Made by a program: the position numbers and the translations under genes | Notes under the pieces: model-generated | What the model was told of the DNA's origin: nothing | Seen by the model: only the letters and a program-made list of their open reading frames with translations | Databases searched by the model: none | Part shown: positions 20,130-29,776 of the stretch, one piece after another | Numbering within the stretch: position 1 is the stretch's first letter | Layout: each line of letters opens with the position of its first letter | NCBI GenBank assembly: GCA_021846165.1 | Contig: JAJZCL010000001.1 | Location: 1-52,123, forward strand | Source: Bacillota bacterium | GTDB lineage: Bacteria; Bacillota; Bacilli; Alicyclobacillales; SLC66 | Direction of reading: 5' to 3' | Length of the DNA: 52,123 nucleotides

Positions 20130-20336
20130 TTAGGGAACCATTCGCTCCATGCTAAGGTCTCGCCATAGAACGGCTAGTTTCTCTACATAATATTGATATC
20201 GTTCGTCCGCTACATCCGTGTGTACAATTTTGCGTTCACAGTCATTGCATAAAAAGTGATGCAGCAGTTGGAAACCGCGCCCCTGTGCGACCATGCGGCC
20301 ACAGATGACGCATTCTTTTCCCATATCCGATTCCAT
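20130..20336 (-). CDS. csfB: Anti-sigma-G factor Gin/CsfB
   Basis: CVIC...LCNDCERKIV...YQYYVEKL zinc motif; upstream of yaaO. Confidence 0.88.
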   Translation of the reverse strand: MESDMGKECVICGRMVAQGRGFQLLHHFLCNDCERKIVHTDVADERYQYYVEKLAVLWRDLSMERMVP

Positions 20337-20391
20337 CAAAGTGCAGACCCCTCCGTTCCGCTCGCGTGATGAACATTTCCAAGCTAGCAAC

Positions 20392-20421
20392 TAGTATGGC
20401 TCGTTCCTACCCATCCTAAAC
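20392..20421 (-). promoter_or_regulatory. SigF/SigG-type promoter of csfB
   Basis: GTTTA followed 16 nt later by GCCATACTA. Confidence 0.55.
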
Positions 20422-20468
20422 CTTTTTTTGCTGTTACTCTATGTAACCACCGCTCATTCCGTGAACGC

Positions 20469-20493
20469 AAAAAAGAGTCGCATCCAGCGACTC
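20469..20493 (-). terminator. Intrinsic terminator after the DUF1641-like gene
   Basis: Minus strand gagtcgc-tggat-gcgactc-TTTTTT. Confidence 0.7.
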
Positions 20494-20557
20494 CCCTCGC
20501 ACTCACTTGACGCACCACAGCACCAGACTTCACGCCTTCAGGATGCATGTATCAAAA

Positions 20558-21124
20558 TTACTTCTTGGTCGAAACCTCGTTCAGATATGCGTTGGCAATC
20601 CGCAATCCCTTTTGCACAGTGGGGTCTTTCAAGAGGCGCATCAGACCAAACACGCCGAACGTGGTCGTGTCTTTTTCCGCTTTCGCCAGCGCCGTCTTCA
20701 GCATCGCGAAGTTGTCGGTCGCGCACTTTGCGACTGGCTTGGCCGCGCTTGTCACCGTGTTCACCGTAAGCGGCAACAGTTCTTTGTCGGTGATCATCGG
20801 TTCCACCAGATCCAAGCCCATTTCGAGCCAGTTCATTAACTTCACCAACATCGGCAACTTTTCCAAAAGCGCCATCGCCGCGCCAAGGTTCTCGGCACTG
20901 AGCGGTTTGGCCAATTTTGTGACAGAGTCGATCGCCATGTCGATCAACTCCTCATCTTTCGCAAGCGGCTCAACCAATGCGCCGCCCAATTCAAGCGCGG
21001 TAAACAGTTTTGCCAACATCGGCATCTTGCTCAAAACCGTAATGGTGGCAGACTGAATTTCAGGGTCGCCCATCATCTCCATCAAGGCATCCACATTTTG
21101 ATCAACCATTTGCGCATATGCCAT
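20558..21124 (-). CDS. DUF1641-domain (YjgD/YrhD-like) protein
   Basis: C-terminal GVFGLMRLLKDPTVQKGL motif; internally repeated helical segments. Confidence 0.75.
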   Translation of the reverse strand: MAYAQMVDQNVDALMEMMGDPEIQSATITVLSKMPMLAKLFTALELGGALVEPLAKDEELIDMAIDSVTKLAKPLSAENLGAAMALLEKLPMLVKLMNWLEMGLDLVEPMITDKELLPLTVNTVTSAAKPVAKCATDNFAMLKTALAKAEKDTTTFGVFGLMRLLKDPTVQKGLRIANAYLNEVSTKK

Positions 21125-21225
21125 ATATCCCGTTCCCCTCCATAGGTAAACTTGCTTCTCTATACATTTTAACATACTGGTTTGTGCTATACTACGCGCA
21201 GGATTATGGTCGGGGTGATTCAGGC

Positions 21226-22854
21226 ATGCGCGAAGATGGGGCTGGCAGGTTTGGCCGCGGCGCTTCCATTATGGTGGCCTCTGTCTTCATCTCCAAATTG
21301 CTGGGTCTCCTCGTCGTCGTGCCACTGCAAAACATCATTGGCGGGTATGCCTACGGCATATTTCGCATCGCCTACCCTCTATACACCATCATGTTGACCC
21401 TCGCGACCATCGGCTTCCCGCTCGCCTTATCCAAAACCATCAGTCAACTCTCTGCCGCCGGCAAACACCGTGAAGCATACGCGAACTTCCGTGCCATCGG
21501 ACGCTTCATGCTGATTTTCGGCGCCATCGCTTTTCTGTTGATGTGGTTCGGTGCCCCGCTCTATTTAACAGTCACACTACCGCACGACTCTAGATCATTA
21601 ATCATCGCGGCGATTCCGGCTATCCACACCTTGGCGCCGGCACTTCTGCTGTTGCCGTTGATCAGCATTGAGCGGGGGTACTTGCAGGGGTACTTGCGCC
21701 TCGAAGCGTCTGGCGCATCGCAGGTCGTCGACCAGGTTGCACGCGTGACCTTCATATTGATTGGCACCGTCATTGCCGCGCTCATGGGCGTTAACGCGTC
21801 AACCAAAGCGGCCATTGCCACATTCGGCGCTACCGTCGGGGTGTTAGGCGCATTTTTGCTGCTGCGCGTGTCCGTGCGCAAACTGCGTAAGGAAACGCTG
21901 CGCAAATCAAAGTTCTCACCGTATACGCCGCCACGCGCACAAGACGTGTTTCGACAATTGTTTGTTTACGCGCTGCCAATCGCCACAGGCACGCTCGTAT
22001 TGCCGCTCGCGCAGGCGATTGACGCATGGACGATTCCGCGGCTGCTGGTGGCAAGTGGTGCGACGATGGTCAAGGCGATCACCGATTATGGAATTTATAC
22101 GGGCGAAGCGCTGATTCTCATGCAACTCCCGCTGTCTTTTGCCAATGCGATCGGCGCATCCATCATGCCCGCCTTAACTGAGTCGCGCGCTGCGGGGGTT
22201 CCCCACGCTGTGCGGGCGCGATTAAACGCCTCCCTGAAAATGATGGCGTTTATCACCTTTCCGGCAGCCCTCACGCTCGGTCTGTTGGCCAAGCAGATCA
22301 ACATCGCCCTGTTCGCCAGTTCAAGTGGCACAGTGGCGATTGCCATTGCAGGCATCATGAGCATTTTCAGCGCACTGGAACTCGTGTCAACGTATATATT
22401 GCAGGGTTACGATCGCTTTTACCGCCCCGTCGTCCACATGTTTGTCGGACTCGCGATCAAGCTGGCGCTGAACATCCTCCTCATTCCTTTTTTTGGAATC
22501 AACGGGGCGGCAATCGCCAGCACCATCGGGTACTTGATCTCCGCATGGCTCAACATGCGCGCCGTTCGGCACTTCTCCGGGGCGCGCGTCCAGTTCCCCA
22601 AAATCGCATGGCGCGCGTTGGCAGCCTGTCTTTTTGTCGGAGCATGGTTTCTGCTTTGGCAAAAAGGCATCGCCATCTTGCAAGTATGGCAACCGCAGCT
22701 AGCGTCCATGCGCATAGTTGCGCTGCTGGAGGTGCTAGTCGCCCTTTTTGTCGGCGCACCCATTTACCTGTTCTTCGCACTGCGGTTCCGCGCCGTAAGC
22801 GGCAGTGAGCTTTCCAAATTGCCGCTCGTTGGCAAACTCCTCATTCGCACCTGA
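21226..22854 (+). CDS. MOP-superfamily flippase (MurJ/YtgP/SpoVB-like)
   Basis: Many TM segments; ISKLLG, GFPLALSK, RGYLQG, NILLIPFFGINGAAIAS. Confidence 0.85.
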   Translation: MREDGAGRFGRGASIMVASVFISKLLGLLVVVPLQNIIGGYAYGIFRIAYPLYTIMLTLATIGFPLALSKTISQLSAAGKHREAYANFRAIGRFMLIFGAIAFLLMWFGAPLYLTVTLPHDSRSLIIAAIPAIHTLAPALLLLPLISIERGYLQGYLRLEASGASQVVDQVARVTFILIGTVIAALMGVNASTKAAIATFGATVGVLGAFLLLRVSVRKLRKETLRKSKFSPYTPPRAQDVFRQLFVYALPIATGTLVLPLAQAIDAWTIPRLLVASGATMVKAITDYGIYTGEALILMQLPLSFANAIGASIMPALTESRAAGVPHAVRARLNASLKMMAFITFPAALTLGLLAKQINIALFASSSGTVAIAIAGIMSIFSALELVSTYILQGYDRFYRPVVHMFVGLAIKLALNILLIPFFGINGAAIASTIGYLISAWLNMRAVRHFSGARVQFPKIAWRALAACLFVGAWFLLWQKGIAILQVWQPQLASMRIVALLEVLVALFVGAPIYLFFALRFRAVSGSELSKLPLVGKLLIRT

Positions 22855-22858
22855 CACG

Positions 22859-23137
22859 TCACATCACCCATTGGTGAATGGCGGCCATCGCGACAACCCC
22901 CGGCCATCCCAACACCGCCGTCACGCCGAGCGTTCCCGCGTTCACGGGAATGTGCAGTCCTGCGGTTCTCCCAAGGTAGTCGACCAACAGCAACACGCTG
23001 CCCCCGACGAACAGATTGCGGAGCAATCCGCCGAGGAAGACCCATGGTTTTTTTACAATGAAATACACGAGTACGAGCGACACGACAATCCCTACCGCAA
23101 TCAAAACCGGATACGACGTCATTACATCTCCTTCCAA
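22859..23137 (-). CDS. bofA: Pro-sigma-K processing inhibitor BofA
   Basis: HIPVN...VLGWPG membrane motif; recR-yaaL-bofA synteny. Confidence 0.88.
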   Translation of the reverse strand: MEGDVMTSYPVLIAVGIVVSLVLVYFIVKKPWVFLGGLLRNLFVGGSVLLLVDYLGRTAGLHIPVNAGTLGVTAVLGWPGVVAMAAIHQWVM

Positions 23138-23412
23138 GAATAACGCGCCTCTGCGTCCACTTCGACCACAATAGGCACCGTCAAACGCTCCCGACGAACG
23201 ACGCGGAGCAGCCCCTCATAGCGTTTTTCGGCCGCTAATAAGAGGTAGATCGCATCGTCGACAGACTCAGGATTAGACGCTTGGTTGAAGTTTTGCATTG
23301 CAATTTGCCAGGCGACGTACGCTTCGTCCAAATCATTGATAAGTTGCTGGTGTTGCTGTTCCTCATTGCTTATTTCACGCTTACAACACGCGTTCAACCT
23401 GCCCCCCATCAC
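23122..23412 (-). CDS. yaaL: YaaL/DUF2508 family protein
   Basis: AYVAWQIA...VDDAIYLLLAAEKRY; synteny. Confidence 0.8.
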   Translation of the reverse strand: MMGGRLNACCKREISNEEQQHQQLINDLDEAYVAWQIAMQNFNQASNPESVDDAIYLLLAAEKRYEGLLRVVRRERLTVPIVVEVDAEARYSWKEM

Positions 23413-23500
23413 TCACCCTCTACCTTTCAGGCAACTTCAATCTGGTAGAGTATAGTCGAGGAGAACGTAATTTATGACTGTAGCACACAAAAACGGCGCC

Positions 23501-24102
<602 letters not shown>

Positions 24103-24103
<1 letters not shown>

Positions 24104-24414
24104 CAAAACATGCCGGGTAAATTAAGCCCTTTAGTGTATTTGCTCAAGTGGGTTTCCGTCAGCGCTTCGGCCTTGCTTTCCGCATCGCGGAGGGCTGTCA
24201 GCAATAAGTCTTCCAGCATTTCCACATCTTCGCCGTCGACAGCATCAGGGCTTATCTTCACCCGTTGAACCTTACGGTGGCCATTCATTTCGATTTGAAC
24301 CGCACCGCCGCCCGCGCTCCCCGTCACCAACATGGTTCCTAGCTCTTCCTGAGCGCGCGTCATGTCTTCTTGCAGCTTTTTAGCCTGCTTCATCAGTTGA
24401 TTCATGTTCTTCAT
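24103..24414 (-). CDS. yaaK: YbaB/EbfC nucleoid-associated protein
   Basis: MNQLMKQAKKLQ, GSAGGGAV, DVEMLEDL. Confidence 0.94.
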
Positions 24415-24417
24415 TCG

Positions 24418-26166
24418 TTATCTCTCCGTTTCATCTTGCAATTCAACGCGATCCTCGCCAAACCACTCAAGCACTTGCTCCACCCACGGTTCATGCGGCG
24501 AATCGCTCTTCACGACGTCGACAGAAGAAGACTTGAACGCATCCCACTCGTCGATTCGAACCGCCCGCAACTTGATGGGCGCTCGAAAAAGCGACCGCAG
24601 CACGCCTTCGATGATATCCTTGTGCGGCGAACGCATCACCGTCTCGGCATGCACCTGTCCCTGAAAGACTGTAATCAACACGCCTTGACGGACTTCTTCG
24701 GGAGTGCCGGCAAGTAACCAGGCTCGTGTCTGGATGCTGTGTTTTTTGACTTCTTCAAGCACAGCTTGCCATTCATTTTTGATTTTCGCAAGTAGTCGCT
24801 GATCTTCAGCGCCAGGCTCCTCCCCAACCGTAATGCCACTGTGCTGACGCATGGGACGCGGACTAGGGACTGCCTTTACTGCATCCTGCCGCTCGAAACG
24901 ACTTGCTTGCGCTGAGGCCGTTTGCACGGGCGTCGCGGCAAAGCTGGACTGCGTTTGGCTATCCGCCACCTTTTGCTCAAGATCCGCAACACGCTTGGTC
25001 AACTCCCGCAAAGCCATGATCATCTCGCTAGCAGGCGCTGCCACAACGGCGTCCGCGCTGAGGCGTGGCGTGACTTCCGCCGTCGTTTCTGTCGTGACGG
25101 CAAGCAACCCCACTTCCACAAACATCCGCGCCTGCGTTTGGTAGCGTAGTTCCGCTTGCCATTTGATCAAGCGATCGACAAGCGCCAACACCGCATCGAG
25201 TGGTACACTCTGCACGACGACGGGAAATGTGGGGTCAAACCGCCCCCGATCCTGAACTTCTTCGACAGCCACTTGTTTTTTGGCCAAAATCACATCCCGA
25301 CAATACGCCAGCAAATCCACTAGCAGCATTAACGGTTCGGTGCCCTTCTGCCACAAGCCGTTCAGGTGCAGCAACAGGGACACGTGATTGCGATCCAGAA
25401 TGTGGCGCAACAACGCGCCCACCTGTTCACTCGGCACTCCCCCCGCTACCGCAGCCACTTCCTCTATGCCCATCGCGCCTCCGGAATAGGCAATCGTCTG
25501 ATCAAACAACGCCAGTGCATCCCGCAAGCCACCTTCGGCAGCGCGAGCCACGTACCAGAACGCTGGCTCTTCAACCGCAACCCCGACAGCCTCCGCCACC
25601 TTACGCAGGCGCTCAACAATGATCTCACTCGACAAGCGACCAAAGTCAAACCGTTGGCAGCGCGATGCGATCGTAGCCGGTACTTTATGGATCTCTGTGG
25701 TGGCAAGAATAAACAAGCAGTAAGACGGGGGTTCTTCAATCGTTTTCAACAGGGCGTTAAAGGCTTCCGGCGTAAGCATGTGGACTTCGTCGATGATGTA
25801 TACCTTGCGCTTGGCCTCGCTCGGCGCATACTGGACCTGCTCAAGCAGCGAGCGGATTTCGTCAATTCCGCGGTTCGAAGCTGCGTCCATTTCCACGACG
25901 TCGACGACCCTGCCTTCGAGGATGCCACGGCACGAAGGACACTCGTTGCATGGCTCAACGCCTTGAATACGCTCACAATTTACAGCTCTAGCCATGATTT
26001 TCGCCACACTCGTTTTGCCCGTACCGCGTGGCCCTGAAAAAAGATACGCATGCGCAATCCTGTCTAGCCGGATTGCATTCATCAGCGTCGTCACGATATG
26101 GCTCTGACCGACCACCTCCGCAAACGCCTGCGGTCGCCACTCGCGGTAAAGTGCCGTATACGTCAT
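24418..26166 (-). CDS. dnaX: DNA polymerase III tau/gamma subunit
   Basis: ALYREWRP, GPRGTGKT, DAASNRG, IIDEVHML, SRCQRF. Confidence 0.97.
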   Translation of the reverse strand: MTYTALYREWRPQAFAEVVGQSHIVTTLMNAIRLDRIAHAYLFSGPRGTGKTSVAKIMARAVNCERIQGVEPCNECPSCRGILEGRVVDVVEMDAASNRGIDEIRSLLEQVQYAPSEAKRKVYIIDEVHMLTPEAFNALLKTIEEPPSYCLFILATTEIHKVPATIASRCQRFDFGRLSSEIIVERLRKVAEAVGVAVEEPAFWYVARAAEGGLRDALALFDQTIAYSGGAMGIEEVAAVAGGVPSEQVGALLRHILDRNHVSLLLHLNGLWQKGTEPLMLLVDLLAYCRDVILAKKQVAVEEVQDRGRFDPTFPVVVQSVPLDAVLALVDRLIKWQAELRYQTQARMFVEVGLLAVTTETTAEVTPRLSADAVVAAPASEMIMALRELTKRVADLEQKVADSQTQSSFAATPVQTASAQASRFERQDAVKAVPSPRPMRQHSGITVGEEPGAEDQRLLAKIKNEWQAVLEEVKKHSIQTRAWLLAGTPEEVRQGVLITVFQGQVHAETVMRSPHKDIIEGVLRSLFRAPIKLRAVRIDEWDAFKSSSVDVVKSDSPHEPWVEQVLEWFGEDRVELQDETER

Positions 26167-26280
26167 TGCTTCATTCCCCCGCTCAAAGATGGCAGCAGGA
26201 TCGAAAACGTCGTCCCAAACCCTTTTGAACACATGCGGATGTGACCGCCGAATTCGTGTATGACCGATTCCTCTCCCAAC

Positions 26281-26435
26281 ACAATCGGCTGAACTCTCAG
26301 CGACACAGGGTCAGGCCAAACTGCGGCACCCGAAAGGATTCCCTTAGTGCTGCTTCCGTCAGGATCTGACACAGTTCGGGATCTCTCGTCGCGCAGAACC
26401 CAACCCACGTGTACGCTGAGACTTCAGCCGATCAT
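26281..26435 (-). ncRNA. ffs: Signal recognition particle RNA (S domain plus long helix 5)
   Basis: Core UGUGUCAGAUCC-UGAC-GGAAGCAGCAC; flanks CUGCGC...GUGCCGCAG as in Bacillus scRNA; ends AUGAUCGGCUGAA/UUCAGCCGAUUGU pair; canonical position upstream of dnaX. Confidence 0.9.
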
Positions 26436-26439
26436 AAAA

Positions 26440-26529
26440 TGGCGGAGAGGGTGGGATTCGAACCCACGAGCCCCGCAAAGGGCTACTCGCTTTCGAGGCG
26501 AGCTCCTTCGACCACTCGGACACCTCTCC
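26440..26529 (-). tRNA. tRNA-Ser (anticodon CGA), CCA encoded
   Basis: GGAGAGG/CCTCTCC acceptor stem, anticodon arm CTCGC-CTCGAAA-GCGAG, long variable arm, GTTCGAATC T-loop. Confidence 0.97.
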
Positions 26530-27010
26530 GCAGTTCGCGAGCATCAAGACGAGATCTTTTGTCGCGAAAGAAGTCTGCCAATATCTTAGCACACTGATCC
26601 GCCTTTATGCCAGCGGTAACTTGTGGATAATGATTGAACCCTTGAATGGCATACACATCGGCAAGCGACCCGAGCGCCCCCGACTTGGGGCTCGGTGCGC
26701 CGTAGCAAACCACCGCGATGCGACTTTGCTGGATCGCGCCTGCGCACATCAAACACGGTTCCAGCGTGACATACAGCCGGCATCCGGCAAGCCGCCAGTC
26801 TCCGCGTCGGCGGGCAGCGTCACGAATGGCAAGCACTTCCGCATGAGCCGTTGGATCATTCCAACTTTCTGCCATATTCCGTCCCAAACCCATGACGCGC
26901 CCGTTTGCGTCGACCACTACCGCGCCAATCGGCACCTCGCCCAAATCCAGCGATTGCGCGGCCTGCCCAAGCGCCAGTTCCATCGCCTGCTCATGACTTG
27001 CGACCTGCAC
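26483..27010 (-). CDS. tadA: tRNA adenosine(34) deaminase
   Basis: EVPIGAV, AHAE, TLEPCLMC; 3' end overlaps the tRNA-Ser gene. Confidence 0.95.
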   Translation of the reverse strand: MQVASHEQAMELALGQAAQSLDLGEVPIGAVVVDANGRVMGLGRNMAESWNDPTAHAEVLAIRDAARRRGDWRLAGCRLYVTLEPCLMCAGAIQQSRIAVVCYGAPSPKSGALGSLADVYAIQGFNHYPQVTAGIKADQCAKILADFFRDKRSRLDARELRRGVRVVEGARLESE

Positions 27011-27110
27011 GCATACACCCCATTCGATTATCCTGACAACAATTTACCACACTCACCAATTGGGCGCTGCTGCATAGCCTAGATCACAGAAAAGGAAGAG
27101 GTGAACAGCC

Positions 27111-28952
27111 ATGTGCGGCATCACGGGTTACATCGACTGGGAGGAAAAGGAGTCTGATCACATTTTACGGGAAATGAATGTCACACTCGCCTGCCGTGGG
27201 CCAGATGAAGAAGGCAGCGCCCACTCCGGCGCGGCTGCATTCGCTCACAGGCGTCTCGTGGTCATCGACCCTGAAGGCGGCAAACAGCCCATGTGGCGCT
27301 CGGTTAACGGCCATCGCTATCTCATCACTTACAACGGCGAACTGTATAACATGGCGGAACTCAACAACGACCTGACGCAACGCGGTCATCGTCCGCAAAC
27401 CCGCTCGGACACAGAGTTACTGCTGCTTGCGTACATCGAATGGGGTCGCGAGTGCCTGCAAAGACTCAACGGCATATTCGCTTTCGCCATTTGGGACGAA
27501 TCGAACGAGCGCCTGTTTCTGGCACGCGACCGACTCGGCGTCAAACCGTTATTTTACTCTGCACAGTCAGGGTTTATCGCGTTTGGTTCAGAAATCAAGT
27601 CCCTACTTGCGCACCCAAAAGTCCCACCTGAAGTGAATATGGAGGGGTTGGCGGAACTATTCTTGATCGGCCCCGCACGCACGCCGGGTCACGCTATTTT
27701 CAAGCACATCGCGGAGTTGCCTCCCGGCCATTACCTGGCGTTTGATCGCGACCACTTATCTACTGCGGCTTACTGGCGACTGCAAAGTGCGCCGCACGAA
27801 GACGGCCTTGAAACGACGGCGGAACGGGTCGAAGAACTGCTCTATGACGCCGTGTCGCGCCAACTCATTTCCGATGTGCCACTCGCCACCCTGCTTTCCG
27901 GTGGACTCGACTCCAGCGCCGTTTCCGCCTTCGCCGCCGACGCCTTGAGCCGAAATGGCGAACACCTGCACACCTATGCCATCGATTTTGTCGATATGGA
28001 CAAATACTTCATCGCCAACGCTTTTCAAACCGGCAGGGACGCCCCTTGGGCGGAGCGGGTCGCGCAGCACATCGGCAGTGTCCATCACCCTGTGATCATC
28101 AGCACCGCACAGATGACGAAGTACTTACTGCGCCCACTGTACGCGCGTGACCTGCCGGGAATGGCCGATATTGACGCTTCTTTGTTTTTGTTCAGCCAGG
28201 AAATCAAGCGTCACGCCACCGTCGCTTTATCTGGTGAAGCGGCGGACGAGGTGTTTGGCGGCTATCCCTGGTTCCATCGCGAGGACGCGCTTAGTGCCGA
28301 CACGTTCCCTTGGTCTTTGCGCCTGCACGAGCGGATGGCCTGGCTGCAACCTGAATTATTGGCGACCATGAATCCACAAGCGTATGTGCAGAACCGTTAC
28401 CGCGCGGCGCTTGAGGAGGTACCGAGGCTACCCAGTGAAAACCCGTCCGAAGCGCGCATACGGGAAATTTCCTACTTGAGTATCACGCGTTTTTTGCCTA
28501 CTTTGCTTGAGCGCAAAGACCGCATGAGCATGGCGACGGGACTGGAGGTGCGTGTTCCTTTTTGCGATCACCGTCTTGTCGAGTATGTATGGAACATCCC
28601 TTGGGAAATTAAAAATTACGGCAACCAATCCAAGGGGATTTTGCGCAAGGCGCTCGCCGGTTGGCTGCCAAACGATGTGATCGAACGCAAAAAAAGCCCT
28701 TACCCCTCAACGCCAGACCCAATTTACCTTGAAACGGTGCGTGCTAAGTTCGAGGATCTGATGCACGAACCCAGTTCCCCATTGCTCGCGCTCATCAATG
28801 CGCCTTGGCTCAACGAATTGGTCAAGCAAAGCAAGGAAACGACCGCACACCGCCCGTGGTTTGGGCAGATTATGGCCGTGCCGCAAATGTTCGATTATTT
28901 GATCCAAGTGAACGAGTGGTTACGCGCCTATCATGTGCGCCTTGTCAATTGA
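27111..28952 (+). CDS. asnB: Glutamine-hydrolysing asparagine synthase (AsnO-like)
   Basis: MCGITG, RGPD, YNGELYN, LSGGLDSS, SGEAADEVFGGY. Confidence 0.94.
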   Translation: MCGITGYIDWEEKESDHILREMNVTLACRGPDEEGSAHSGAAAFAHRRLVVIDPEGGKQPMWRSVNGHRYLITYNGELYNMAELNNDLTQRGHRPQTRSDTELLLLAYIEWGRECLQRLNGIFAFAIWDESNERLFLARDRLGVKPLFYSAQSGFIAFGSEIKSLLAHPKVPPEVNMEGLAELFLIGPARTPGHAIFKHIAELPPGHYLAFDRDHLSTAAYWRLQSAPHEDGLETTAERVEELLYDAVSRQLISDVPLATLLSGGLDSSAVSAFAADALSRNGEHLHTYAIDFVDMDKYFIANAFQTGRDAPWAERVAQHIGSVHHPVIISTAQMTKYLLRPLYARDLPGMADIDASLFLFSQEIKRHATVALSGEAADEVFGGYPWFHREDALSADTFPWSLRLHERMAWLQPELLATMNPQAYVQNRYRAALEEVPRLPSENPSEARIREISYLSITRFLPTLLERKDRMSMATGLEVRVPFCDHRLVEYVWNIPWEIKNYGNQSKGILRKALAGWLPNDVIERKKSPYPSTPDPIYLETVRAKFEDLMHEPSSPLLALINAPWLNELVKQSKETTAHRPWFGQIMAVPQMFDYLIQVNEWLRAYHVRLVN

Positions 28953-28982
28953 CGGCTCAGTGATTGCGACCAAAGCGACTGG

Positions 28983-29594
28983 TTAATTCGCAGTGATGCT
29001 GCGGATGATTTGCGTGAGTTCCTTGGCGCACAGATCAAGGTCGTCATTGACGATGAGGTAATCATAGCTGTCCCGACAGTTCAGTTCCAGTTCCGCGCGC
29101 GACAGGCGCTGCTCAATGTTGGCGGGGTCAGTATCCCGTCCATACAGCCGATTGGAAAGTTCAGCCATCGACGGTGGGGAAATAAAAATTGTGCGGATGT
29201 GTTCCGGAAATACTTCCATCGCATCCGCACAACCCAGTACATCCATGTCGGTAATAATATCGTAACCGTTGTCAATCGCGTATTGAATCGTCGGCAAGTG
29301 GGTTCCGTAATACGCGTTCGTGTGGATTTTCTTCCATTCCAAAAACTGACCCTGTTCTATCATCGCTTCAAACTCCGCCGTACTGATAAATGCGTACGGG
29401 TTCAGTTGGCTTTCGCCGGGGCGCATTGGCCTTGTGGTGGCGGACGGCATGTAGTAAACTCCGCTTAAATCCTTCAGGATGCGGCTCAATAGTGTATTTT
29501 TTCCTACTCCAGACGGGCCGGAAAGTATGATGAAATAACCGTTGCGGTTTTTCCGGTCTGCTCTGTGAAAATCAATCAACAACTCGGGAACCAT
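28983..29594 (-). CDS. gmk: Guanylate kinase (probable second copy)
   Basis: SGPSGVGK P-loop, SATTRPMRPGE, YYGT, YDYLIVND. Confidence 0.85.
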   Translation of the reverse strand: MVPELLIDFHRADRKNRNGYFIILSGPSGVGKNTLLSRILKDLSGVYYMPSATTRPMRPGESQLNPYAFISTAEFEAMIEQGQFLEWKKIHTNAYYGTHLPTIQYAIDNGYDIITDMDVLGCADAMEVFPEHIRTIFISPPSMAELSNRLYGRDTDPANIEQRLSRAELELNCRDSYDYLIVNDDLDLCAKELTQIIRSITAN

Positions 29595-29776
29595 TCGTTC
29601 TCCCTCACCTGATTCGCTTTCTTTACGGGGTTGTCACATATTATGCAGGCTCCCTCACTCACTGTCAACAAACACCGTCTGGCGACTCGCGTGAAAAACT
29701 ATGAATTCGTTGCAGGAACCTCTAACGCGTTTCGCGAAATTTAATTAATAAGAGTTTACAATCGGTCGAACGGAAA

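Noticed and set aside
24418..26166. Programmed frameshift in dnaX
   Set aside because: I did not see an A-AAA-AAG slippery site with a downstream hairpin or a long A-run at the expected position.
26175..26265. Circularly permuted Alu domain downstream of the SRP RNA
   Set aside because: GCGG/CCGC is present but forms a simple hairpin; I could not build the two-hairpin Alu fold.
26622..26630. DnaA box within tadA (another lies within sqdX near 47076)
   Set aside because: Isolated 9-mers inside coding sequence are expected by chance; no cluster or unwinding element indicating oriC.
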